64,000 nt of DNA from Candidatus Velthaea sp. Its GTDB lineage: Bacteria > Vulcanimicrobiota > Vulcanimicrobiia > Vulcanimicrobiales > Vulcanimicrobiaceae. Position numbers and translations under genes: made by a program. The notes beneath the pieces are model-generated. The model had not been told where the DNA came from, made no database searches, and was given only the letters and a program-made list of their open reading frames with translations. The first letter of the stretch is position 1. Each line of letters begins with the position of its first letter. This document shows, piece after piece, positions 9,049-18,315 of this stretch. The stretch spans positions 64,001-128,000 of the forward strand of contig JBEKHC010000001.1 in the NCBI GenBank assembly GCA_050012475.1, written 5' to 3'.

Positions 9049-10974
9049 ATGGCATTGCAGGGAATCGCGCAGGGAAATCCGATCGAGCGGCGTCAACCCG
9101 CCGCCTCGCACGGTAAGAGTCTCGGCCTGCCGGCCGGTCTGGCCGTCGCGGCGTTAGGCGTCGTTTTCGGCGACATCGGGACCAGCCCGCTCTATACGCT
9201 CAAGACCTGTTTTGACACCGCCGGCGCCGCTCCGACGGCCGAAAACGCGCTTGGAATCGTCTCGCTGCTTGTCTGGGCGCTGTTTTTCGTGGTCTGCCTC
9301 AAGTACGTCACGGTGCTCATGCGCATCGATCACGACGGTGAAGGCGGTATCCTCGCGTTGCTCGCGCTGGCCGAACCGCCCAAGGTTCATGGCTCGAAAA
9401 CCAAGGCCAGTTGGCTCGTGTGGGTCGTCGTCATCGGCGGCGCGATGCTCGTCGGCGACGGCATGATCACGCCCGCGATCTCCGTCATCTCGGCGGTCGA
9501 GGGGATCGGGGTCGCGACCTCGGCGGCGCAGCCGTTCATCGTGCCGATCTCGGCCGGTTTGCTGATCGCGCTTTTTTCGATCCAGTGGCGCGGCACGCAG
9601 AGTGTCGGCCGGGTTTTCGGCGCGGTAATGGTCGCCTGGTTCATCGCGATCGCGCTGACCGGCTTGGTTTCCGTCGTCAAGCATCCGGCGATCTGGGCCG
9701 CGCTCGACCCGCGGCATGCCGTCGGCTTCGCGACGCATCACGGCATGATGGGATTCTTGGTTTTCGGCGCGGTCGTGCTGTGCGTTACCGGCGCCGAGGC
9801 GCTCTACGCCGACATGTCGCACTTCGGCCGCAAACCGATTGCGCTGGCATGGTACGGACTCGTGCTCCCGGCGTTGCTGCTCAACTATCTAGGCCAGGGC
9901 GCGGTCGTCATTGGCGACCCGAGCGCGCTGGCGTCACCGTTCTACGCTTTGTCGACGGGCCCGATGCTGTGGCCGATGGTCGCCCTGGCAACCGCTGCAA
10001 CCATCATCGCCTCACAGGCGCTCATTTCGGGAGCGTTTACGATCACGGAGCAAGCCATCGCGCTGAACTTGAGCCCGCGGCTGGCTGTGCTCCACACCTC
10101 GCGCGACCAGCGCGGCCAAGTATACGTGCCGGTCATCAACATGGCGCTTGGGTTCGCGTGCTTGTCGCTGGTCCTCGCATTTCGCAGCAGCGACCGGCTC
10201 GCGGCGGCTTACGGACTCGCGGTTGCGTGCACGATGGCCGCGACCGACATCGCGTTTTACATCGTCGCGACGCGCGTCTACAAGTGGTCCAAGAAGTGGG
10301 TCGTGCCGCTCGTCGGGACGTTCCTGACGCTCGACGCAACCTTCATTCTCGCCGGCTTGCCGAAATTTTTCGACGGCGCTTGGATACCGCTCGCGATCAG
10401 CGCGCTCGTCATGGCGATCGCGATCACCTGGCTGGAAGGGCGCCGCGGCGTTGCTGCGGTCTTGACCCAGCAACAGATCCCGGTTGCGGAATTCCTCGCC
10501 GAATATCCGGCGCTGCGGCAAAAGGCGGAAGGCACGATGGTGCTGCTCACCGGCGATCCGACCGGCGTCCCGTTCGTGCGCAATCACCGTTGGATCGTAC
10601 CCCGGCTCGATCGCGAGCGCGTCGCACTGCTGACGATCGTTACCGCCGCGCGTCCATACGTCGAGGAGTACGAACGGGTCACGATCACGCGCCCGTGCGA
10701 CCGGTTCGCGCAAATTTCGGCGTCGTTCGGCTACATGGAACGACCGCGCATCAAACCGATTCTCGACGCCTGCAAACTGCGCAACTTCGATATCGACAGC
10801 GACACGACGACGTTCATTTACGCCGATCCGATCATCTTGCGCAAGATCAACGGGCTGCCGCGTTGGCAGCGCCGGCTCTTCGGCTTCCTGCACCGGCTCT
10901 CCAAACCGCTGGCCGAAGAACTACGCATCAAGCCCGAGCGCCGTATCGAACTGGGCTTGGAGGTCGACGTTTAG
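9049..10974 (+). CDS. kup: KUP/HAK/KT family potassium uptake protein
   Basis: GVVFGDIGTSPLY, GEGGILAL, TPAISVISAVEG, TGAEALYADMSHFG. Confidence 0.95.
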   Translation: MALQGIAQGNPIERRQPAASHGKSLGLPAGLAVAALGVVFGDIGTSPLYTLKTCFDTAGAAPTAENALGIVSLLVWALFFVVCLKYVTVLMRIDHDGEGGILALLALAEPPKVHGSKTKASWLVWVVVIGGAMLVGDGMITPAISVISAVEGIGVATSAAQPFIVPISAGLLIALFSIQWRGTQSVGRVFGAVMVAWFIAIALTGLVSVVKHPAIWAALDPRHAVGFATHHGMMGFLVFGAVVLCVTGAEALYADMSHFGRKPIALAWYGLVLPALLLNYLGQGAVVIGDPSALASPFYALSTGPMLWPMVALATAATIIASQALISGAFTITEQAIALNLSPRLAVLHTSRDQRGQVYVPVINMALGFACLSLVLAFRSSDRLAAAYGLAVACTMAATDIAFYIVATRVYKWSKKWVVPLVGTFLTLDATFILAGLPKFFDGAWIPLAISALVMAIAITWLEGRRGVAAVLTQQQIPVAEFLAEYPALRQKAEGTMVLLTGDPTGVPFVRNHRWIVPRLDRERVALLTIVTAARPYVEEYERVTITRPCDRFAQISASFGYMERPRIKPILDACKLRNFDIDSDTTTFIYADPIILRKINGLPRWQRRLFGFLHRLSKPLAEELRIKPERRIELGLEVDV

Positions 10975-11801
10975 CAGTGTTTGCTGCACGCGCGCGGATG
11001 CTTTACATGAAATCGTCTCGTGGTCGCAAGTGACGGTCTTGCTCGAGTAATCGAAACGGTAGCGCAGGTTGTCCGAGACCGCAGTGAAACCCAATCCCCG
11101 GTACAACGAGTTGGAAGCGGCGTTGCCTAGGTCGGCAAAGAGCACGCATCGCTGGCCGTTGCGATGGGTTTTGATTGCAAGCCCGCTGACGCACGCGCCA
11201 GCGTACCCGCGATTCCGATACTGCTCGGGCGTATAGACGCCTTGGACGCGTCGAACTCCGGCGGCCGCCGCAGAGAGGGCAGCCATCGACACCGGACCTC
11301 CGTCGTCCCAAAGCCACAAGCCGTCCGATGCCATCCCGTCGTCGACGTTTCTTTGCGGATTGCCGCGTTCGTCTACCTCGGCGTAGAATGCCGTCATCCA
11401 TCCAACGAGCAGGTCTTGCTCGCCGGGCATCGGGCGGCGCAGACTTCCACGCACCGCAACTCGGTCGCGCAAATCATGAAGTTCGTACAGACGCAGTCCT
11501 CGGACCGGAACAGCGCCGCAGCGCATCCGCTCCGTCCAGCACGTGGCGAACGCCAGCGCCGTGAGCGCTTCTCCGATCGCTCCCGGAAGTACGATACCGT
11601 CGGCGACGATCGCATCGACGATTGCGTGGACGGCCTTCGAGTTCATCGGCGTAAACGTAGCGGCAAAGTCCAGCGGCGACTGCAAGACGATGCCGGTTAC
11701 GTTGCGATCCTCGGTCGCGATCCAGTACCGGCCAGGTTCCGGCCGAGCGCTTCCGCTAACACCGATGCGGCTTCGTCGGTCGATCTGCCTTTGACGGTCA
11801 T
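10921..11801 (-). pseudogene. GNAT family acetyltransferase with apparent 5' frameshift/deletion
   Basis: GNAT motif VYTPEQYRNRGYAG..SNSLYRGLGF; plausible N-terminus MTVKGRSTDEAASVLAEA (ATG 11801) is in a different frame from ARPEPGRYWIAT; the frame runs on into kup. Confidence 0.55.
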
Positions 11802-12061
11802 GGACCTTCGGTTCGCCGACAGCACCATGCGCAACTCGCCAAGCCCATTGCGCTCGAGTCGAGTTTGGGCGCACTGCGCGCATGACGGCTGACAGCGGTT
11901 CGATTGCGACTCGTCGTCCGAGTAGGACCACATAAGGCCGACGTATGGGGCAAATTTGTGCGTATCGTCGGCCGTCGCGGTACGCCTGAGTCCTCGACGG
12001 CGGGTTCGTCAACAATGGTCGGTGTGCCGCTCATTGTGTTTGGGCGCACGCTGTTGAGCGT

Positions 12062-12088
12062 TAACGAGCGGCGGCGGCTTGCCGATAT
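12062..12088 (+). promoter_or_regulatory. Putative sigma28-like promoter
   Basis: TAAC-N15-GCCGATAT. Confidence 0.55.
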
Positions 12089-12148
12089 ACCGGAAGAAGC
12101 GCCCGTAAAGCCTTCGTAAAACTTTTGCTTGGAGAGCCTTACATTACA

Positions 12149-13624
12149 ATGCGATCGTCCTTCACTCGATCAGCGATAGCGCGCTGCGCCGTGTTTGCCC
12201 TGGCCGGGAATCTCGCGGCCTGCGGCGGAGGCGGCGCCAGCAGCACGATCGCTCCTGCGCGCTCGAGCACCGTACCGTCCGCAGCGAACCGATTCTCGTT
12301 GGGCCTCGTCGCCGCGAAGCCGGCGGAAATCGCGCAAATGACGCACATCCGGCATCTGCTCAGCGTCACGACGTTACCCGCCGCGGTCGATTTGTCCGCG
12401 AAAATGCCGAGCGTGGGCGATCAGGGACAAGAAGGTTCGTGCGTCGCGTGGGCTTCCGCATATGCGATGCGCGGCTATGAAGCGCGCCAAGACGTCTGGG
12501 CCGCGATCGCTCCGAAGAGCACGGATCCGACGCTCAATTTCAGCGCGTCATTCATTTACAATCAGCTCAACGGCGGTCAGGATGCCGGCATCTCGATTCC
12601 CGCGGCGTTGAACCTCATGGAGCAAAAGGGAGCCGCGACGCTGGCGGACATGCCGTATGTGGCGGGCCAATTTACCACGCAACCCTCCGCTGCCGCTTTG
12701 AGCGACGCGACGCACTTCAAGCTCTCGTCGTACGGTTACATCGCGCCGACGGATTTCACGTCGATGAAAGGCCAACTCGCGGCCGGTATTCCCGTCATCC
12801 TCGCGATCCAGGTGTACAGCAACTTTTTCGGGCTCGGCCAAAATCAAGTGTACACCGGCGCCGCCGGAACGTACGAAGGCGGCCACGCGATCGCGGCCGT
12901 CGGCTATGACGATTCGAAACAGGCGGTCGAAATCATCAACTCATGGGGACCGTACTGGGGAACCGCGGGCTATGGTTGGATCAGCTATACTGCGTTGAGC
13001 CAAATCGGGCTCGAAGCGTATTCGGCGATCGACGACCACGGTGCACCACCAGCACCCGTTCCCAGCCCCACACCGACCGCGACCCCGGCGCCGTCCCCAA
13101 CCGCAACCGCCAAACCGTCGCCGACGCCGAGCACGACGCCAACCCCATCGCCGTCACCGACCGCGACGCCGAAACCGTCGCCGACACCGACGTCGACGCC
13201 GACCGCGACGCCGAAACCGTCGCCGACACCGACACCGACGCCGAAACCGTCGCCGACGCCGACACCGACGCCGGTTCCGACCGCGACGCCCAAACCGTCG
13301 CCGACTCCGACGCTCAAGCCGTCACCGACACCGACGCCCAAGCCGTCGCCGACACCGACGCCCAAGCCGTCGCCGACACCGACGCCCAAGCCGTCGCCCA
13401 CCGCGACACCGAAACCGTTACCCACCGCGACACCGAAGTCATCGCCGACCGCGATCCCCAAGTCGTCGCCGACCGTGACGCCCAAACCAGCGCCGACGGC
13501 AACGCACAAACCAACGGCGCCGCGCAAACCCTCACCGACGCCCAAACCTTCGGCGAAACCGACCGCCGAAGCGTCGAGTACTCCACACCCCTCACCGTCT
13601 CCGGCGGCGGCATCCGGCCGGTAA
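12149..13624 (+). CDS. Second papain-like C1 cysteine peptidase lipoprotein with long Pro/Thr-rich tail
   Basis: Lipobox [23 protein letters not shown]; close paralog of 7707..8879. Confidence 0.9.
   Translation: MRSSFTRSAIARCAVFALAGNLAACGGGGASSTIAPARSSTVPSAANRFSLGLVAAKPAEIAQMTHIRHLLSVTTLPAAVDLSAKMPSVGDQGQEGSCVAWASAYAMRGYEARQDVWAAIAPKSTDPTLNFSASFIYNQLNGGQDAGISIPAALNLMEQKGAATLADMPYVAGQFTTQPSAAALSDATHFKLSSYGYIAPTDFTSMKGQLAAGIPVILAIQVYSNFFGLGQNQVYTGAAGTYEGGHAIAAVGYDDSKQAVEIINSWGPYWGTAGYGWISYTALSQIGLEAYSAIDDHGAPPAPVPSPTPTATPAPSPTATAKPSPTPSTTPTPSPSPTATPKPSPTPTSTPTATPKPSPTPTPTPKPSPTPTPTPVPTATPKPSPTPTLKPSPTPTPKPSPTPTPKPSPTPTPKPSPTATPKPLPTATPKSSPTAIPKSSPTVTPKPAPTATHKPTAPRKPSPTPKPSAKPTAEASSTPHPSPSPAAASGR
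13050..13610 (+). repeat. Coding tandem repeats (PKPSPTPT)n
   Basis: 24-nt units such as CCCAAGCCGTCGCCGACACCGACG repeated within the peptidase tail. Confidence 0.9.
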
Positions 13625-13680
13625 TTCTGCCCTGCGATAATGGACCGCACGAGTGAGCCGTGCGGTCCATTCCATGCAAC

Positions 13681-13770
13681 GGGCGACTTGGGCGAAGCCC
13701 GAACCTGCGACAGCGGCTTGGGCGAAGCCTAGACTGCGACGGCGGCTTCGGCGCAGCCGAAACGCGAGGG
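13681..13770. repeat. REP-like short palindromic tandem repeats (about 30-nt period)
   Basis: CTTGGGCGAAGCC at 13687 and 13717, degenerate copy at 13746, between convergent genes. Confidence 0.6.
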
Positions 13771-13790
13771 GTCCAGCGAAGCTGAACCCT

Positions 13791-15461
13791 CTACAGCAAG
13801 GTTTTGCGCATGTCAGCCAACAGGGCCGCGAGATGAGCGCAAAAGCGCGCGGCAGCCGCTCCGTCGATCACGCGGTGGTCGTACGACAGCGACAGCGGCA
13901 AGATCAAGCGCGGTACGAAGGCCTTGCCGTCCCACACGGGTTTGAGCGCGCTGCGCGACACGCCCAGGATCGCGACCTCGGGCGCGTTGATGATTGGCGT
14001 GAACGACGTTCCGCCGATGCCGCCCAAACTCGAGATCGTGAATCCGGCGCCGCTCATCTCCGCCGGGCCCAGCTTGCCATCGCGCGCTTTTTTCGCCAGC
14101 GCCGACGTCTCGGCTGCGAGTTCGAGCACGCCTTTCTTGTCGACGTCGCGGATGACTGGAACGACGAGCCCGGCCGGCGTGTCGGCTGCAAAGCCCAGAT
14201 GAAAATACTTCTTGAGCACCAGGTCGTCGCCGTCGAGCGAACTATTGAAGTTGGGGAAACGCCGCAGCGCCGCCACGGCCGCTTTCATCAGCAGCACGAG
14301 CATCGTGACTTTGACATCCTTGAACTCGGCATTGAGCGCTTTGCGAAACTCCTCGAGTTCGGTAACGTCGGCATCTTCCTGTTGCGTGACGTGCGGGATC
14401 ATCACCCAATTGCGGGCGAGATTGGCACCGGAGATCTTCGCGATGCGCGAGAGCGGCTTGCGTTCGATCGGGCCGAACTTCTCGAAATCGATCTTCGGCC
14501 AAGGCAGCACGTTCAGGCCGCCGGTGCCGGCACCGGGCGACGGTGCCCCGACCGGCGCGGGCGTCGCCAACGCGCGTTTGACGTGCTGCTGCACATCTTC
14601 GCGGGTCACGCGCCCGTTGGGTCCGCTGCCGGAAACGCCGTGCAAATTCACGCCGAGTTCGCGCGCAAAGCGCCGGATCGCCGGACTGGCGTGCACCGGA
14701 CCGGCAGCCTCGCCGGCATCCGTCGCGGCCGTGTTCCCGTTGGTCGAGGGTGGCGCCGGAGCGACGATCGCCGCGAGCGCCGGTGCGGGCCGCTCCGGCT
14801 CGGGCGGACGCGCCGAAGCTGCTTGACCGTTCGCCGGTGCCGACGGCGAGGCGCCCACGCCGCCGATGCGGGCCAACAGCGAGCCCTGAGAAACTTTGTC
14901 GCCGACTTTGACCACCACGTCGCTCACAACGCCGCCCACGAGAGCCGGAACTTCCATCGTTGCTTTATCGGACTCGAGTTCGACCAGCGGCGCGTCCTTT
15001 GCGATCGTATCGCCGGCTTTGATGAAGACCGAGATCACCGGCACGTTCGAGAAGTCGCCGATATCCGGCACGACCAGATCGGCGGTTCCGCCGGCGGACG
15101 AAGCGGTATCGGGTCGAGCGATTTCCGCGGCTTCGTTCGCGCTCGCGGCGGATGCGGGGGCGGCGCCGCCCGCGGCTGCCGCGATCGGCTCGCCGGGGAC
15201 GGCCGCCGGCACGGCATCCTCGACGACTTCGACATTCGCGAGAATGCTGCCGGTCGAGACGCGGTCGCCGATCTTGACCTTCACCTCGCGAACGATGCCG
15301 GCTGCCGATGCCGGCACTTCCATCGTTGCTTTGTCCGACTCGAGCGTCACCAGGGGCGCGTCCTTGCCGATGCGATCGCCGCTGGCGATCATCACTTCGA
15401 TGATCGGAACGTCTTCGAATCCGCCCAGATCGGGAACGGTGAGTTCGATCGTTTGCGCCAT
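13791..15461 (-). CDS. aceF: Pyruvate dehydrogenase E2, dihydrolipoyllysine acetyltransferase (two lipoyl domains)
   Basis: Two LESDKATMEVP lipoyl motifs, HASPAIRRFARELGV binding domain, SYDHRVIDG. Confidence 0.95.
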   Translation of the reverse strand: MAQTIELTVPDLGGFEDVPIIEVMIASGDRIGKDAPLVTLESDKATMEVPASAAGIVREVKVKIGDRVSTGSILANVEVVEDAVPAAVPGEPIAAAAGGAAPASAASANEAAEIARPDTASSAGGTADLVVPDIGDFSNVPVISVFIKAGDTIAKDAPLVELESDKATMEVPALVGGVVSDVVVKVGDKVSQGSLLARIGGVGASPSAPANGQAASARPPEPERPAPALAAIVAPAPPSTNGNTAATDAGEAAGPVHASPAIRRFARELGVNLHGVSGSGPNGRVTREDVQQHVKRALATPAPVGAPSPGAGTGGLNVLPWPKIDFEKFGPIERKPLSRIAKISGANLARNWVMIPHVTQQEDADVTELEEFRKALNAEFKDVKVTMLVLLMKAAVAALRRFPNFNSSLDGDDLVLKKYFHLGFAADTPAGLVVPVIRDVDKKGVLELAAETSALAKKARDGKLGPAEMSGAGFTISSLGGIGGTSFTPIINAPEVAILGVSRSALKPVWDGKAFVPRLILPLSLSYDHRVIDGAAAARFCAHLAALLADMRKTLL

Positions 15462-15473
15462 TGCGATGCGTCC

Positions 15474-18182
15474 TTAAACCGTGACCGGATTCGGCTTGTT
15501 CGGATCGATGCCGTATTTTTCGATCGCTCGCGCCGCTTCTTCGGCGGCCACTTTCCCTTCAGCGGCGAGCTCCCGCAGCGCCGCCAGGACGATCCAGTGC
15601 CGGTCGACTTCAAAGAATGACCGCAACTTCGCCCGCGCGTCGCTGCGGCCGAACCCGTCGGTACCCAGTGCGTGAAAGCGCCGATCGATGAACGGCCGGA
15701 CTTGTTCGGCGAACATTTTCACGTAATCGCTGGCCGCGACGACCGGTCCGGCGTGACCAGCCAACTGCTGCTCGACGAACGGCACTTTGGGCGATGCCAG
15801 CGGATGCAGCATATTTTGGCGCTCGGTTTCGAGCCCGTCACGTCCCAACAGCGTGAAGCTCGTGACGCTCCAGACGTCGGCGGTGACGCCGAAGTCGTCG
15901 CGCAGCAGCGTCGCAGCGGCTTCCACTTCGCGCAAGATCGTCCCCGAGCCCAACAATTGGACGCGCGGAGCATCCGGCTTGACGGGCTCGCCGGCGCGCA
16001 ACAGATACATCCCGCGCAAGATGTCGCCTTCGACGCCGGCAGGCATCGCGGGATGATGGTAGTTTTCGTTCATCACCGTGATGTAGTAGTAAACGTCTTC
16101 CTGGTCGACGAGCATGCGCCGCAAACCGTCTTGGATGATGACCGCCACTTCGTATCCGTAGGTCGGATCGTAGGGGACGCAGTTCGGGATCGCGGACGCG
16201 AACAGGTGGCTATGCCCGTCCTCGTGCTGCAGACCCTCGCCGTTGAGCGTCGTCCGGCCGGCGGTACCGCCGATGAGGAAGCCGCGTGACCGCATATCCG
16301 CCGCGGCCCATGCGAAGTCTCCGATGCGCTGGAATCCGAACATCGAGTAGAAGATGAAGAACGGAACCGTCTGCACGCCGTGCGTCGAATACGATGTGGC
16401 CGAGGCGATCCAGGACGCCATCGCGCCCGCTTCGGTGATGCCCTCTTGGAGGATCTGGCCGGATTTGTCTTCGCGGTACCACATGAGCTGATCGGCGTCT
16501 TGCGGCCGGTAGAGCTGGCCTTGCGGCGCGTACATCCCGAGCTGGCGGAACATCCCCTCCATGCCGAACGTGCGCGTCTCATCCGAGACGATCGGCACGA
16601 TGCGCGCGCCGATCGTTTTATCGCGCACGAGGACGCCCAGGCTGCGCACGTAGGCCATCGTCGTCGAGATCTCGCGTTCGCCGGTATCTTCGAGCAGCGC
16701 CGCAAAGGCCGACAGCGGCGGTACCGCCAGCGGTTTTTCAACGTTGCGCCGGCGTTGCGGAACCGTGCCCAGCGCCGCGATCCGCTCGCGCAGATACTGC
16801 ATCTCGGGCGAATTGTCGGGCGGCTTGATGAACGGCACATCGTCGACGAGTTGCGCGTCGGAGACGGGGATGGCGAAGCGGTCGCGAAACGCGCGAACTT
16901 GTTCGACGACCATCTTCTTGGTGTTGTGGGCGACGTTCATCCCTTCGCCGGCCGTGCCCAGGCCGTAGCCTTTGATGGTTTTGGCCAGGATGACGGTCGG
17001 ACCGCCGGTAAACTCGGTCGCCGCTTTGTAGGCGGCGTACACCTTATACGGATCGTGGCCGCCGCGGTTGAGCCGCCACACGTCGTCGTCCGACATGTGC
17101 TCGACGAGCTTGCGCGTTTCGGGTGTCTGGCCGAAGAAGTGTTCGCGCACGTAGGCGCCGTTGCGCGATTTGAACGTTTGGTAGTCGCCGTCGATGGTCT
17201 CGTTCATGAGCCGCACGAGCGTGCCGGTCTGATCGGCGGCAAACAGCGTGTCCCAGCGGCGGCCCCAAATGACTTTGATGACGTTCCAGCCGGCGCCGCG
17301 GAACACGCCCTCGAGTTCCTGGATGATCTTGCCGTTGCCCCGCACCGGGCCGTCGAGCCGCTGCAGGTTGCAGTTGACGACGAAGATCAAATTGTCGAGG
17401 CCTTCGCGTGCGGCAAGCGCCAAGCCGGCGAGCGACTCGGGTTCGTCGACTTCGCCGTCGCCCAAGAAGCTCCACACCTTGCGATTCGACGTATCGGCCA
17501 GTCCGCGGTTGTGCAGATACTTCATATAGCGCGCGGCGTACACCGACTGCAGCGGGCCCAGGCCCATCGAAACGGTGGCGAATTGCCAGAAGTCGGGCAT
17601 CAGCCAGGGGTGCGGATAGGACGAGAGCCCGCGCCCGTCGGTCTCTTGCCGGAAATGCTTGAGCTGATCTTCCGTGATCCGGCCTTCGAGAAAAGCGCGC
17701 GCGTAGACACCGGGCGAGGAATGGCCCTGAAAATAGACCAGATCGCCGCCGTGCGTCGCCGACGGGGCGTGCCAGAAATGGTTGAACCCGACGTCGACGA
17801 GGGTGGCCGCCGACGAGAACGTCGCGACGTGGCCGCCCAGATCCGAACCGAGCTTGTTGGCCTTGACGACCGTCGCCATCGCGTTCCAGCGCACATAGTG
17901 ACGCAGCCGCTCTTCGATATCGTGATCCCCCGGAAACGGCGCCTGCCGCCCGACGGGGATCGTGTTGATATACGGCGTGGTGAGCGCGAGCGGCAAGTCG
18001 ACACCCCGCACGCGGGCGCGCTGCGAAAGCGCGTCGAGAATCTCACGTGCACGGTCGGCGCCTTCGGCCGAAATGAGCCCATCGAGTGCTTCGACCCACT
18101 CTTGCATCTCTTGCGGATCGGCTTGCGGTGCAGCGGTGCTGCTCCCGTTCGAGGACGTTGTCGGGCGTGGCGTATCGATCAT
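15474..18182 (-). CDS. aceE: Pyruvate dehydrogenase E1, homodimeric type
   Basis: YFQGHSSPG, SSYPHPWLMP, GDGEVDEPES, NLQRLDGPVRGN, GEGLQHEDG; start at ATG 18182 or GTG 18203. Confidence 0.95.
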   Translation of the reverse strand: MIDTPRPTTSSNGSSTAAPQADPQEMQEWVEALDGLISAEGADRAREILDALSQRARVRGVDLPLALTTPYINTIPVGRQAPFPGDHDIEERLRHYVRWNAMATVVKANKLGSDLGGHVATFSSAATLVDVGFNHFWHAPSATHGGDLVYFQGHSSPGVYARAFLEGRITEDQLKHFRQETDGRGLSSYPHPWLMPDFWQFATVSMGLGPLQSVYAARYMKYLHNRGLADTSNRKVWSFLGDGEVDEPESLAGLALAAREGLDNLIFVVNCNLQRLDGPVRGNGKIIQELEGVFRGAGWNVIKVIWGRRWDTLFAADQTGTLVRLMNETIDGDYQTFKSRNGAYVREHFFGQTPETRKLVEHMSDDDVWRLNRGGHDPYKVYAAYKAATEFTGGPTVILAKTIKGYGLGTAGEGMNVAHNTKKMVVEQVRAFRDRFAIPVSDAQLVDDVPFIKPPDNSPEMQYLRERIAALGTVPQRRRNVEKPLAVPPLSAFAALLEDTGEREISTTMAYVRSLGVLVRDKTIGARIVPIVSDETRTFGMEGMFRQLGMYAPQGQLYRPQDADQLMWYREDKSGQILQEGITEAGAMASWIASATSYSTHGVQTVPFFIFYSMFGFQRIGDFAWAAADMRSRGFLIGGTAGRTTLNGEGLQHEDGHSHLFASAIPNCVPYDPTYGYEVAVIIQDGLRRMLVDQEDVYYYITVMNENYHHPAMPAGVEGDILRGMYLLRAGEPVKPDAPRVQLLGSGTILREVEAAATLLRDDFGVTADVWSVTSFTLLGRDGLETERQNMLHPLASPKVPFVEQQLAGHAGPVVAASDYVKMFAEQVRPFIDRRFHALGTDGFGRSDARAKLRSFFEVDRHWIVLAALRELAAEGKVAAEEAARAIEKYGIDPNKPNPVTV

Positions 18183-18315
18183 GGCGGCTCCGATATTTGT
18201 CACATTGAATCGCTGGTCCCACCAGTATAGGGATCGGGCCGCCAAGTACCAGCGCCGCGACGTTTCACGAAAGCAGACATGGGAGGGGCTGGTTTGCGTC
18301 CAAATGGCTGGGACG

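Noticed and set aside
13653..18230. Long plus-strand ORFs (655 aa, 616 aa) opposite aceF/aceE
   Set aside because: Antisense shadows typical of high-GC coding DNA, with no motifs
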